A stretch of DNA of 31,007 nt from the NCBI GenBank assembly GCA_030754475.1, contig JASMAE010000047.1:1-31007 (forward strand), in the 5' to 3' direction. Made by a program: the position numbers and the translations under genes. Under the pieces are notes generated by a model. The model was given only the letters and a program-made list of their open reading frames with translations. It was not told the origin of the DNA and ran no database searches. Origin of the DNA: Rhodospirillales bacterium (GTDB lineage: Bacteria > Pseudomonadota > Alphaproteobacteria > Rhodospirillales > JASLLV01). Position 1 is the first letter of the stretch; every line of letters starts with the position of its first letter. Below are positions 1 through 9,190 of this stretch, piece by piece.

Positions 1-1293
1 GCGACGCCGCGTGTTCTCGGCGTCCTTCTCGGCTAGGAACACGCGGGCGCGTTCTTGCAATTCCGCCGCGACGTTTTCGTCGAACCCCTCGATCTCGACG
101 AGGTCTCCGGCCGGAACGAACGCAACTTCATCGACCGAGGAAAATCCCTCCGTCACCAGGAGGTGCGCGATCACCTCGTCGACGGCGAGGGAATCGACGA
201 ACATTTGCGAGAGCGAGCGAAATTCCTCGGTGCGGCGCTCCGATTCCTCGGCCTCGGTCAGGATGTCGATGTCCCAGCCGGTAAGCTGCGAAGCCAGCCG
301 AACGTTCTGCCCGCGCCGACCGATGGCAAGGCTGAGCTGATCGTCCGGCACCACCACCTCGATGCGATGGGCCTCTTCGTCGAGGACGACCTTCGCCACT
401 TCGGCCGGCGCCAGCGCGTTGACGATGAAGGTTGCGGGATCGGGCGACCACGGGATGATGTCGATCTTTTCGCCCTGGAGCTCGCCGACCACCGCCTGGA
501 CCCGCGATCCGCGCATGCCCACGCAGGCGCCGACCGGATCGATGCTGGAGTCGCTGGAAATCACCCCGATCTTGGCGCGCGAGCCCGGATCGCGGGCCAC
601 CGCCTTGATCTCGATGATCCCGTCGTAGATTTCCGGGACTTCCTGGGCGAACAGACTGGCCATGAAATGCGGATGGCTGCGCGACAGGAATATCTGGGGT
701 CCGCGTGGCTCCTCGCGGACCGCGACGATGTGGGCGCGGACCCTGTCGCCGTTGGAAAAATGCTCCCGGGGAATGCACTCGTCGCGCCGGAGAAGCGCCT
801 CGGCCCGCCCCAGATCGACGATCACATTTCCGAACTCGACGCGCTTCACGAGACCGTTGACGATTTCGCCTTCCCGGTCCTTGAACTCCTCGTATTGCCG
901 CTTACGTTCGGCTTCGCGCACCTTCTGGACGATAACCTGCTTCGCGGTCTGGGCGGCGATGCGTCCGAAATCGATGGGCGGCAGGGGCTCGATCAGGAAC
1001 TCGCCGACCTCGGCGTCGGACTTCTGTTTGCGCGCCGTCTCCAAATTGATCTGCGTCGCCTCATCCTCTATTTCCTCGGCCACCTCAAGGTAGCGGGCCA
1101 GCTTGATGGCGCCGGATTCCCGGTCGATCGTCGCGCGAATGTCGTGCTCGTGTCCATATTTGGACCGGCCGGCCCTCTGGATGGCCTGTTCCATGGCCTC
1201 GATGACCTCGTCGCGGCCGATGCCCTTGTCACGGGCCACCGTTTCCGCCACCTGCAGAAGTTCTAGCCGCGAATAGACTGACTCGTTTTCCAT
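1..1293 (-). CDS. nusA: Transcription termination/antitermination factor NusA (3' end runs off the left edge)
   Basis: Manual translation from ATG 1293 (GAGGG RBS upstream): MENESVYSRLELLQVAETVARDKGIGRDEVIEAMEQAI ... DPVGACVGMRGSRVQAVVGELQGEKIDIIPW ... ELQERARVFLAEKDAENTRRR at the edge. Directly downstream of rimP. Absent from the ORF track, presumably because its stop lies outside the window. Confidence 0.97.
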   Translation of the reverse strand, partial: MENESVYSRLELLQVAETVARDKGIGRDEVIEAMEQAIQRAGRSKYGHEHDIRATIDRESGAIKLARYLEVAEEIEDEATQINLETARKQKSDAEVGEFLIEPLPPIDFGRIAAQTAKQVIVQKVREAERKRQYEEFKDREGEIVNGLVKRVEFGNVIVDLGRAEALLRRDECIPREHFSNGDRVRAHIVAVREEPRGPQIFLSRSHPHFMASLFAQEVPEIYDGIIEIKAVARDPGSRAKIGVISSDSSIDPVGACVGMRGSRVQAVVGELQGEKIDIIPWSPDPATFIVNALAPAEVAKVVLDEEAHRIEVVVPDDQLSLAIGRRGQNVRLASQLTGWDIDILTEAEESERRTEEFRSLSQMFVDSLAVDEVIAHLLVTEGFSSVDEVAFVPAGDLVEIEGFDENVAAELQERARVFLAEKDAENTRRR

Positions 1294-1308
1294 GGATTCG
1301 GACCCTCG

Positions 1309-1833
1309 TCACTTCACCGGTTTGCGCCCTTTGCGCAACGACGCGTCGATCAAGACCAGTTTCGCCTGGGCGATGTCGTCGATCGCGATGGCACGCTCGG
1401 TGCCGTCGACCACGATACGCACGGCGCCGCCGTCGAGCCCCAGGAGTAGGCCGCGGAAGCGTTTTTGCCCGTCGATCACGCGCTTCGTGGTCAGCTTGGC
1501 CTCGCTGCCCGCGAAGCGCTCGAAATCCTCTGGCCGAACCAGCGGGCGATCGATACCGGGGGAGCTCACCTCAAGCGTGTATGATCCGGCGATGGGATCG
1601 TCCACAATCAAGGCCGCCGATACGGCGCGAGAGATGTCGGCGCAATCGTCGACCGTGATCGATCCGCCGTCGTGCCGCTCCACCATGATCTGCAACCGGG
1701 GCCTGTCAACGCCGAACACCCGCACCCGGACGATGACGAACCCGAGCTCGCGCACGATCGGCGCTATCGTGCGTTCGATTCGGCGCGACAGGTCCGCGTC
1801 GCATGCTAATCGGTCGTGACCGTTCCGCGGCAT
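1309..1833 (-). CDS. rimP: Ribosome maturation factor RimP
   Basis: LQIMVERHDGGSITVDDCADISRAVS and YTLEVSSPGIDRPL motifs; canonical position before nusA. Start moved from 2058 to ATG 1833, just after the leader hairpin. Confidence 0.95.
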   Translation of the reverse strand: MPRNGHDRLACDADLSRRIERTIAPIVRELGFVIVRVRVFGVDRPRLQIMVERHDGGSITVDDCADISRAVSAALIVDDPIAGSYTLEVSSPGIDRPLVRPEDFERFAGSEAKLTTKRVIDGQKRFRGLLLGLDGGAVRIVVDGTERAIAIDDIAQAKLVLIDASLRKGRKPVK

Positions 1834-1847
1834 TGCCGGCTTCGACC

Positions 1848-1878
1848 AAAATAAAAGGTGGGCCGCCGGCCCACCCTC
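1848..1878 (-). terminator. Intrinsic-terminator-like leader hairpin upstream of rimP
   Basis: Minus strand GAG-GGTGGGCC-GGC-GGCCCACC-TTTTATTTT: perfect 8-bp stem (1857-1864/1868-1875), extendable by G-U/A-U pairs, followed by a U tract and ending 14 nt before the rimP ATG. Confidence 0.7.
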
Positions 1879-1931
1879 GTCCATTCCGACCACAAGGGCG
1901 AATTTCGTAGCGCAACACTTGCGCGACAACA

Positions 1932-1961
1932 AATATATACTCCCATCCGCGCCGAATACAA
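1932..1961 (-). promoter_or_regulatory. Candidate sigma70 promoter of rimP-nusA
   Basis: TTGTAT (1961-1956), then 16 nt to TATATA or 18 nt to TATATT, in an AT-rich patch upstream of the leader hairpin. Confidence 0.45.
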
Positions 1962-2018
1962 GGGAGCCGTTCGTCGCCCGGGACGCGCGCATCCAGGCGC
2001 CGTAAGCGCGGTTTCGGT

Positions 2019-2738
2019 TCAGGCACGCGACTGGCGCAAGAACCGCAAGTGCACGCACGCGCGCCCTTGGCGTTGGGCCTTGGCCTCGTAGCGGGTCGCG
2101 ATCGCGTCGCCGGGACGGCGCCAGTCCGCGCGCGTCCGGGCGGTCCAGGTGAAGCGCGCATCGCGGCCCACGACGTCGAGGGTTTGGCGCACGTATTCGG
2201 CATGATCGCTCGCGAACCGGAGCTCCGCTCCGTCGCGCATGAGGCGCGCCAAGGTATCCAGGTTCTCGGCCGAGACGAAGCGGCGGGCCGCGTGGCGGGT
2301 CTTGGGCCAGGGGTCGGGAAAGAGAATGAAGACCCGCCCGAGGCTCGCGTCGGGAAGCCGCCGCATCAGCAGGCGCGCATCATCGTCGAAGATGCGGACG
2401 TTCGTGATCGCGTCTTGCGCCATGCGCGCGAGCAGCGCGGCGATTCCGTTGACGAACACCTCGCATCCGATGAGTCCGACGTCGGGATGCGCGCGAGCCT
2501 GGGCGGCCAAGTGTTCGCCCGATCCGAAGCCGATCTCGAGCCACAAATCGCGGACCGGCCAAGAGAACACGGCGTCGGTCTGGATGGGACCGGATTCGGG
2601 CACTGCCAAGCGCATCGCGGGCAGCATGTCTGCGATCAGCCTTTGGCGTCCGGGGCGAAGACCGTGCCCGCGCCGGCGTCCGTACAACAAGGCGTGCGAA
2701 CGATCGTCCCGAGACGCGTCTCGCTCGCGGCCGCTCAA
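2019..2738 (-). CDS. trmB: tRNA (guanine-N7)-methyltransferase TrmB
   Basis: [12 protein letters not shown]-terminus, [41 protein letters not shown]. Proposed TTG start at 2738 overlaps the metK TGA (TTGA); ATG 2789 is an alternative. Confidence 0.95.
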   Translation of the reverse strand: MSGRERDASRDDRSHALLYGRRRGHGLRPGRQRLIADMLPAMRLAVPESGPIQTDAVFSWPVRDLWLEIGFGSGEHLAAQARAHPDVGLIGCEVFVNGIAALLARMAQDAITNVRIFDDDARLLMRRLPDASLGRVFILFPDPWPKTRHAARRFVSAENLDTLARLMRDGAELRFASDHAEYVRQTLDVVGRDARFTWTARTRADWRRPGDAIATRYEAKAQRQGRACVHLRFLRQSRA

Positions 2739-3910
2739 TGCGCGGCGAACGCCGAACGCAATGCCGACACCAGATCCATGCGCTCCCATGAAAACCCGCC
2801 GTCGGGTTCCGAGGCCCGGCCGAAGTGACCGTACGCCGCGGTCCGGGCGTAGATCGGCCGGTTGAGTTTCAGGTGCTCGCGGATCCCCCGCGGCGAAAGA
2901 TCGACAAGGGTCTGAAGCACGTCGGATAGTTTGTGGCCGTCCACGCGTCCGGTCCCGTGGGTGTCGATGTAAAGCGAAAGGGGTTTGGAGACGCCGATCG
3001 CGTATGAGAGTTGGATCGTGCATCGCTCGGCGAATTCGGCCGCGACCACGTTCTTGGCGAGGTAACGCGCGGCATAGGCCGCCGAGCGGTCAACCTTGGA
3101 CGGATCCTTTCCCGAAAACGCGCCGCCGCCATGGGGCGCGGCGCCCCCGTACGTATCGACGATGATCTTGCGCCCGGTGAGCCCCGCATCCCCGTGCGGC
3201 CCTCCGATCACGAAGCGGCCCGTCGGGTTGACGAAGAATTTTTCTTCCTCGCACATCCAACCCTCGGGCAGCACGTTGAGCACGTGCGGGCGAACGATCT
3301 CGCGAACCTCGTCTTGAGAAAGCTTTTCGGCGTGCTGGGTGGACACGACCACGGCCTCGGCCCGGAACGGCTTGCCATCCACGTAGGCGAGGGTCACTTG
3401 GCTTTTCGCGTCCGGGCCCAATTCCGGTTCGGCGCCCGAATGCCGGGCCTCGGCGATGGATCTCAGGATCGCGTGCGCATAGTAGATGGGCGCCGGCATC
3501 AGGACGTCGGTCTCGCGGCACGCGAAACCGAACATCATGCCCTGGTCGCCGGCACCCTCGTCCTTGTTGCCGGCCGCATCCACGCCAACGGCGATATCCG
3601 TGGACTGGGCATGCACGTAAACGTCGACGTCGGCCATCTGCCAGTGAAAACTCTCCTGCTCGTAACCGATCTCCTTGATCGCCGTGCGGGCGATGCTCTC
3701 GATGCCGTCGCGGGGGATCGACACAAGCCCGCGTACCTCGCCGGCGATGACGACGCGGTTGGTGGTGCACAGGGTCTCGACGCCAACGCGCGCGAAGGGA
3801 TCGGCCGTGAGGTAGGCGTCGACGATCGCGTCGGATATGCGATCGCAGATTTTGTCGGGGTGCCCCTCCGAGACCGATTCACTCGTGAACAGATACTCGC
3901 TGTTTTTCAC
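2735..3910 (-). CDS. metK: S-adenosylmethionine synthetase
   Basis: [47 protein letters not shown] 3910 preferred (AAAGGTG RBS-like sequence upstream) over 3919. Confidence 0.98.
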   Translation of the reverse strand: MKNSEYLFTSESVSEGHPDKICDRISDAIVDAYLTADPFARVGVETLCTTNRVVIAGEVRGLVSIPRDGIESIARTAIKEIGYEQESFHWQMADVDVYVHAQSTDIAVGVDAAGNKDEGAGDQGMMFGFACRETDVLMPAPIYYAHAILRSIAEARHSGAEPELGPDAKSQVTLAYVDGKPFRAEAVVVSTQHAEKLSQDEVREIVRPHVLNVLPEGWMCEEEKFFVNPTGRFVIGGPHGDAGLTGRKIIVDTYGGAAPHGGGAFSGKDPSKVDRSAAYAARYLAKNVVAAEFAERCTIQLSYAIGVSKPLSLYIDTHGTGRVDGHKLSDVLQTLVDLSPRGIREHLKLNRPIYARTAAYGHFGRASEPDGGFSWERMDLVSALRSAFAAH

Positions 3911-4245
3911 TTCACGCACCTTTGCTCAGCGGGTGGCCGACGTGCCCGGTATCCCGGCGCCCATCCGCAACAATCCCATGAGGGCAATTCACAGTTCGCG
4001 TTTAAGTTGTCGCGTTGCACGCTCGAACGTGGCCTTGAAAACAGTGCAGGTATCTGGCGTCGCCAGCGCGACGTGCGGCCACATAATACGGCCGGCATTC
4101 AACGCGCCCGCACGAACGCGGGACTGACGGCGCCGTTTCGTCCGCTCGCGCGGGCGGCGGTTCTTGTTGCAAGCATTGTTACGAGCGTCAAGGAGTTTCG
4201 ACCAGTCCCCGTTTGCTGGCGTGCTGGCCGCCGGAATCGGGGAAC

Positions 4246-4731
4246 TCAACGCTTCTTTATTCGGGGCACCGGCCCGCTCAGCGATTTCGTCAGCTCGAAC
4301 AGTTGCTTTCGCACCTTCGGATCGGTGATCCGGTAATAAGCACGTGCGAGCTCCAGGGTCTCACGGCGAGTCAAGGAATCGTCGCCGTAGGATTGCTGTG
4401 CCTGGTCCGCGAGTCCGTGGGCGCCGTGACCGCGCTGCGACGCCGCGATGTCATCAGGCATCTCGTCGAAAAAGTGCGAAACCGGCACATCGAGGATTTG
4501 GCCGAGCTGATAGAGCCGGCTCGAGCCGATGCGGTTGGACCCGCGTTCGTATTTTTGGACCTGCTGAAAGGTCAGACCGAGCGCCTGACCGAGTTTGTCC
4601 TGACTCATCCCGACCAGTGTGCGGCGCAACCGGACCCGTGCGCCGACGTGAACATCGACCGGGTTCGGACCATTCTTCGCCGGCGCCCGCGACCGTTTCT
4701 TTCGCGGACGGGTTGCGGTTGCAGCCTTCAT
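4246..4731 (-). CDS. phrR: XRE-family HTH regulator, PhrR/PraR-like
   Basis: PNPVDVHVGARVRLRRTLVGMSQDKLGQALGLTFQQVQKYERGSNRIGSSRL matches the rhizobial PhrR/PraR family as I recall it. It also sits directly downstream of lnt (actA), the position I recall for phrR. Confidence 0.85.
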   Translation of the reverse strand: MKAATATRPRKKRSRAPAKNGPNPVDVHVGARVRLRRTLVGMSQDKLGQALGLTFQQVQKYERGSNRIGSSRLYQLGQILDVPVSHFFDEMPDDIAASQRGHGAHGLADQAQQSYGDDSLTRRETLELARAYYRITDPKVRKQLFELTKSLSGPVPRIKKR

Positions 4732-4809
4732 GCCAACTCAAACCCCTCTCATGAACACGAACGCCTAAGCCGCGTCGCGGAGGCGTTCGGCACCGGAATG
4801 TCAACGCGC

Positions 4810-4838
4810 AATATGATTGGGCGAGGCAAGTGGGTCAA
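4810..4838 (-). promoter_or_regulatory. Candidate sigma70 promoter of the XRE regulator
   Basis: TTGACC (4838-4833), 17 nt, CATATT (4815-4810). Confidence 0.55.
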
Positions 4839-4908
4839 TAGAGAGATTGGAATTCCTTAGTGTACAATGAGTAATCCAAAAGATAGAAGAGGAAAATATA
4901 CTTCAACT

Positions 4909-4926
4909 TAAGGTTCAAAAACCTTA
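4909..4926. promoter_or_regulatory. Perfect inverted repeat TAAGGTT-N4-AACCTTA, candidate operator
   Basis: Seen directly; lies in an AT-rich patch right after the lnt stop and about 70 nt upstream of the -35 of the regulator. Confidence 0.4.
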
Positions 4927-6522
4927 CTAATAGTTGTATTTTTTCAAAATGAAACAAGACATGATCGCAATGGCGGCGGCAATCAGGGCCGCCAAATCGC
5001 CGAATCGGCCGTAGGGCGTCACGCCCCCCAGCGGCGCGGGAAGCGCGGCGTCGACCACGCCCTTGCGCCCCAAGGGCAAGGAAACCGTGGTCCGCCCGTA
5101 GGCGTCGACGACGCCCGAGATCCCCGTGTTCGCCACCCGCACAAGGGGTATACCCTCTTCGACCGCGCGCAGCTTGGCCGCCGCGAAGTGTTGATACGGA
5201 CCCGTCGAGACGCCGAACCAACCGTCGTTGGTGAGGTTGAGGAGCCAGCTCGGCCGACGCGCCGAATCCACGACCCTCCCCGGGAAAATCGCTTCGTAGC
5301 AGATCAACGGACCGACCGGCGGGAGCCCCGGAAGATCGAGCGTTTGGCGGCGCGCGCCGGGCGAGAAATCGGTTCCGCCCGAGGTGATCTTGGCGGGATT
5401 CAGGATGTTTCGAAACGGTACGTATTCACCGAAGGGAACCAAGCGATGCTTGTCGTAGGTCCAGCTGAGGTGTCCTTCGGGGTCGATCGCGAAAAGGCTG
5501 TTCCAGACACGGTAGGGGACCGTTCCCGGAGGTGTGCGCCGCGGCGCGCCGAACAGGGTAATCCCTCCCGCCGGCGTCGCCTCGGCGATCAAGGCCCGGA
5601 CGGCGGGCTCGTACTCGACGAAGAACGGCACGGCCGACTCGGCCCAGATCACGTGGGTCGGCAACGGGTTTGCGGCGTCGGCGCCTTCGACGCTTAGGCG
5701 CGCCTGTTCGACGACGTGGTCGAGGCGCGATTCGGATCGCCACTTGTCCGCCTGGGGAATGGCGGGCTGCACGAGTCGCAGGCGGACGCCGGGAACGAAT
5801 CGCGACTCGGCGTGAGCGAGACGGATTACACCGCCGGCCCAAACGAGCGCCAACGGCGCGACCATCAACCCGACGGCCAGCGCCGCTCGGCGTGGGCGCG
5901 CCCTCGCGCCGGCATCGACGAGAAGCACCGGAGCCGCCGCCGCGGCGACCGTGAGAAGGCCAAGACCGTGTACGCCGAACAGAGCTGTCGCCTGGATCAT
6001 GGAATCGGACGCCGTCCACACGGTCCCGACGAGATTCCAGGGGAAGCCGGTGAAGACCCAGCTCCGCACCCACTCGAACGCCGTCCAGGCGACGGCGAAC
6101 GCCGCCACACGGCCCGGGCCGAGGCCGCGGAAAACCCGGCCGAACAGCGACGCGAGCGCCGGAAACGCCGCGCATACGCTCGCCAGTCCCACGACCGCGA
6201 AGGGCGCCATCCAGGCGTGGCGCTCGGCGTTCACCAGAAAGGCGAACGCAACCCAATAGAGCCCGCTCGCGAAGTGTCCCAGACCAAACCACCAGCCGAG
6301 CGCCAGGGCATCGCGCCGCCGCGCGCTCGAATCGATGAGCACCAGAAGTCCCGAGAACGCGGGAACCAGAAAGAAGACGAGATGCAGCGGCGGCATTGCC
6401 GCGGTCGCCAAGACACCCAACACAACGGCCAACGCCGCCCGGCGCGCGCGTCCGAGCGCGCCCAGGCGCCGGATCAGAAAATTTGCATTCGCCTCCGCCG
6501 GCGGTCCGGAGCCTGCCCGCAT
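4927..6522 (-). CDS. lnt: Apolipoprotein N-acyltransferase
   Basis: Multiple TM segments, FTGFPWNLVG, IWAES, YDKHRLVPFGEYVP, ICYE (nitrilase-fold triad E/K/C), LNLTNDGWFG. Exact start uncertain. Confidence 0.96.
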   Translation of the reverse strand: MRAGSGPPAEANANFLIRRLGALGRARRAALAVVLGVLATAAMPPLHLVFFLVPAFSGLLVLIDSSARRRDALALGWWFGLGHFASGLYWVAFAFLVNAERHAWMAPFAVVGLASVCAAFPALASLFGRVFRGLGPGRVAAFAVAWTAFEWVRSWVFTGFPWNLVGTVWTASDSMIQATALFGVHGLGLLTVAAAAAPVLLVDAGARARPRRAALAVGLMVAPLALVWAGGVIRLAHAESRFVPGVRLRLVQPAIPQADKWRSESRLDHVVEQARLSVEGADAANPLPTHVIWAESAVPFFVEYEPAVRALIAEATPAGGITLFGAPRRTPPGTVPYRVWNSLFAIDPEGHLSWTYDKHRLVPFGEYVPFRNILNPAKITSGGTDFSPGARRQTLDLPGLPPVGPLICYEAIFPGRVVDSARRPSWLLNLTNDGWFGVSTGPYQHFAAAKLRAVEEGIPLVRVANTGISGVVDAYGRTTVSLPLGRKGVVDAALPAPLGGVTPYGRFGDLAALIAAAIAIMSCFILKKYNY

Positions 6523-6650
6523 CTAGCGGACAATCCGTTTAATCGGAACCAGCCCGCGCGCCGGCCCAACCGCCCCAATACTACGCTGCCATGGGTGGTA
6601 GGGAGGGAGTGTGGGTCGGTGCGATTCCACAGAAGTGGACGATGCTCTAG
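6523..6650 (-). repeat. CTAG-ended intergenic repeat, copy A (128 bp; CIR/RIME/MITE-like)
   Basis: CTAG at both ends (6523-6526, 6647-6650). Has 24 nt identical to copy B (GTCCACTTCTGTGGAATCGCACCG) and a 26/34 match to B at the other end. GANTC at 6623-6627. Confidence 0.85.
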
Positions 6651-6734
6651 CGGCGCGCACGCGATTCGAACGCGGCGCGGTGCTCGGCGGCCACGAGGCG
6701 GCGGACCACGATCGCGCCGGAAAACGAGCGCGGC

Positions 6735-7658
6735 TCACGATCGCGGGCGCTGGTCCGACTCGGCGCGCGGAGGAACGTTCCTGACCCGCAGGCGCTTGAT
6801 GCGCCGCGGGTCGGCCTCCAGCACTTCGAACTCGAGGCCCGAGGGGTGGCCGACGAGCTCGCCCCGGATCGGCACGTGGCCAGCGAGCGAGAAAATCAGC
6901 CCACCAAGCGTGTCGATGTCTTCGCGCTCGTCTTCGCCGAGGAGCGGCCCGACCCGTGTCTCGAGGGTTTCGACGGTCACGCGTGCGTCGGCGTCTAAGG
7001 TCCCGTCCGTCCTTTCGATCAGGCGCGGCTCAAGCGCGCGGTCGTGCTCATCTTCGATTTCTCCAACGATCTCCTCGACCAGGTCCTCGATCGTGACGAG
7101 CCCGTCCACGCCCCCGAACTCGTCCACCACCAGGGCCATATGCGAGCGCGTAACCCGCATCTCCAAGAGCAGCTCCAGCACCTGCATCGACGGCGAAACG
7201 AACAGAACCTTGCGCACGATCTTGGAAAGCGCGAAGGCCGTATCCTGGCCCCGCCACGCGACCACGTCCTTGATGTGAACCATCCCGATGGCATCGTCCA
7301 GGGTCTCGCGGTAGACCGGAAGCCGCGAATGCCCGGCCAGCGTCATGGCCTGGATCACGTCGGCCAACGGGGCCTCGGCATCGACGGCGACAATGTCGGC
7401 GCCGGGCACCATTACGTCGCGGACGGTGCTGCCGCGCAGCTCGAGGATGTTTGCGAGCAACGTGCGCTCGTCCTGATCGATCGGTACCTCGGAATCGTCG
7501 CGCTCTTCGATGAGCTCCTCGAGGGTGTTACGCGCCGAACCCTCTCCGTTGCGCAATCCGCGAAGGCCTTTCAGCCAAGCGCGAAAGGAATGTGCGAGTG
7601 ACGACGGATGTCCGGCCCCGCTTTCGCAGGGCGAGCTACTCGAGGATTGGTCGTCCAT
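6735..7658 (-). CDS. corC: CorC/HlyC-family CBS-domain protein (Mg/Co homeostasis, hemolysin-like)
   Basis: VRDVMVP, HSRLPVYRETLDD, ALVVDEFGGVDGLVTIEDLVEEIVGEIEDEHD, C-terminal TLGGLIF CorC domain. Lies between ybeY and lnt, as in the conserved operon. Confidence 0.9.
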   Translation of the reverse strand: MDDQSSSSSPCESGAGHPSSLAHSFRAWLKGLRGLRNGEGSARNTLEELIEERDDSEVPIDQDERTLLANILELRGSTVRDVMVPGADIVAVDAEAPLADVIQAMTLAGHSRLPVYRETLDDAIGMVHIKDVVAWRGQDTAFALSKIVRKVLFVSPSMQVLELLLEMRVTRSHMALVVDEFGGVDGLVTIEDLVEEIVGEIEDEHDRALEPRLIERTDGTLDADARVTVETLETRVGPLLGEDEREDIDTLGGLIFSLAGHVPIRGELVGHPSGLEFEVLEADPRRIKRLRVRNVPPRAESDQRPRS

Positions 7659-7667
7659 CTCCCAGGA

Positions 7668-8189
7668 TCATTCTTGCGAGGCGCCAGCATGAAACGCGGC
7701 GCCAGAAAGCGATGTCAGGATCGTCGCCTCCAGCCGTTCCATGCGTTCGGCGGCCTCGTCCGTTTGGTGATCGAATCCTAGCAGGTGAAGCATACCATGG
7801 ACCACGAGGAGACTTAAGTGATCCGCCAGGTGCTCGTCCGCGGCAGCGGCCTCGGCGGCGGCGGTTTCATAGGCGACGACAACGTCCCCGAGCACCGTCG
7901 GCCCGCCGCCACTGCCCTCGCCCACCGAACCGCCCGCAAAGGCCAGCACGTTGGTGGCGACGTCGCGGCCGCGGTAGTCCCGGTTCAAGGACCGCACGCG
8001 CGCGTCGTCGGCGAGCAAGAGACTGACCTCTGAGCAGCGGTCAAGGCGCGCGCCTGCGCCCGCGAACGCGGCCAGCGCGGCGTGGCGGCAAATGTCTTCG
8101 GCTTCGGCGAGCCCTTTGCGCCAGCCCTCGGCGCAAATGGTCACGTCGACGGCGAGCCCGGGCGTGGTTTTGGCGTCGGCGGCCGTCAT
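7668..8189 (-). CDS. ybeY: rRNA maturation endoribonuclease YbeY
   Basis: LNRDYRGRDVATNVLAF, LGDVVV, HGMLHLLGFDH (H-x3-H-x5-H); ATGA overlap with phoH. Confidence 0.96.
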   Translation of the reverse strand: MTAADAKTTPGLAVDVTICAEGWRKGLAEAEDICRHAALAAFAGAGARLDRCSEVSLLLADDARVRSLNRDYRGRDVATNVLAFAGGSVGEGSGGGPTVLGDVVVAYETAAAEAAAADEHLADHLSLLVVHGMLHLLGFDHQTDEAAERMERLEATILTSLSGAAFHAGASQE

Positions 8190-9190
8190 TTCTCGCGCGC
8201 GGAATTCGCATTCCGCTCCATTCGCTCGTAGGCACGAACGACCCGCGTCACCAGTGCGTGGCGAAACACGTCCTGGTCGGAAAAGGTGATCACGGCGACG
8301 CCTTCGAGATCGCGCACCACATCCACGGAATCGCGCAGGCCCGAGCGCGCGCCATCGGGAAGGTCGATCTGACTGAGATCGCCCGTCACCACCATGCGCG
8401 CATTCTCGCCCAACCGGGTCAGGAACATCTTCATTTGAATGGGGGTCGTGTTCTGGGCTTCGTCCAGGATCACGAACGCGTTCGAAAGCGTGCGCCCGCG
8501 CATGAACGCGAGCGGCGCGATCTCGATCTCGCCACTCTCGAGGCGCTTCGCCACCTGTTGCGACGGAAACATGTCGTAGAGCGCGTCGTAGAGCGGGCGC
8601 ATATAAGGGTCCACTTTTTCGCGCATGTCGCCGGGCAAGAATCCGAGCTGCTCGCCGGCCTCGACCGCCGGGCGTGAAAGGATGATTCGGTCCACCTCGC
8701 CGCCAACCAGTTTTTCGACCGCCTTGGCCACGGCCAAGTACGTTTTTCCGGTTCCCGCAGGCCCGAGACCGAAGACGAGATCGCTCGACTCGATGGCGTT
8801 CACGTATGCGAGTTGCGCCCCCGAGCGGGGTGTGATCTGTCGTTTGCGCGTGCGAATAATGTGCGTGCCGGCAATCTCCTCGCGCCCGCCGCGGACCGCC
8901 ATGCGCACCGCGGCCTCCACTTCCGCGGAACCGACCGACAGGCCACGCCGCAGGCGCTCGTACAAGCCCTCGAGCACCGCCCGCGCCGCGGTCACGTCGT
9001 CGGATGGGCCGGCAACGTTCACCTCGTTGCCATGCGCATGCAACGAGACGTCGAGATGCTGCTCGATACGCGCGAGATGGGCGTGGTGGGAGCCGAAGAG
9101 CTGGATCAGGAGCGCGTTGTCGGCGAATTCGAGCCGCTCGGATTTCCGCGCCCCGTCGTCGGCCGGGGTGGGGGCGAGGGGCACGGTCAC
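8186..9190 (-). CDS. phoH: PhoH-like ATPase (YbeZ)
   Basis: Walker [50 protein letters not shown]; GTGA overlap with miaB. Confidence 0.96.
   Translation of the reverse strand: MTVPLAPTPADDGARKSERLEFADNALLIQLFGSHHAHLARIEQHLDVSLHAHGNEVNVAGPSDDVTAARAVLEGLYERLRRGLSVGSAEVEAAVRMAVRGGREEIAGTHIIRTRKRQITPRSGAQLAYVNAIESSDLVFGLGPAGTGKTYLAVAKAVEKLVGGEVDRIILSRPAVEAGEQLGFLPGDMREKVDPYMRPLYDALYDMFPSQQVAKRLESGEIEIAPLAFMRGRTLSNAFVILDEAQNTTPIQMKMFLTRLGENARMVVTGDLSQIDLPDGARSGLRDSVDVVRDLEGVAVITFSDQDVFRHALVTRVVRAYERMERNANSAREK

Noticed and set aside
4020-4090. Known SAM-alpha/SAM-II or SAM-SAH riboswitch upstream of metK
   Set aside because: Only GCCACGTT resembles the SAM-alpha pattern; the GATTTG and GCTAAA core motifs are missing. 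Kept only as an unassigned structured leader.
4908-4922. CtrA box at TTAA-GGTTCAA-AAAC
   Set aside because: The second half-site does not match TTAA, and I found no full TTAA-N7-TTAA at the other TTAA sites I checked.
6651-6718. tRNA-like cloverleaf on the minus strand next to repeat A, with a CGCG-TTCGAAT-CGCG T-arm mimic
   Set aside because: Too short before the T-arm, no D-loop GG, no U33, 4-bp stems and no CCA; easily formed by chance at this GC content. tRNAscan-SE or ARAGORN would settle it.
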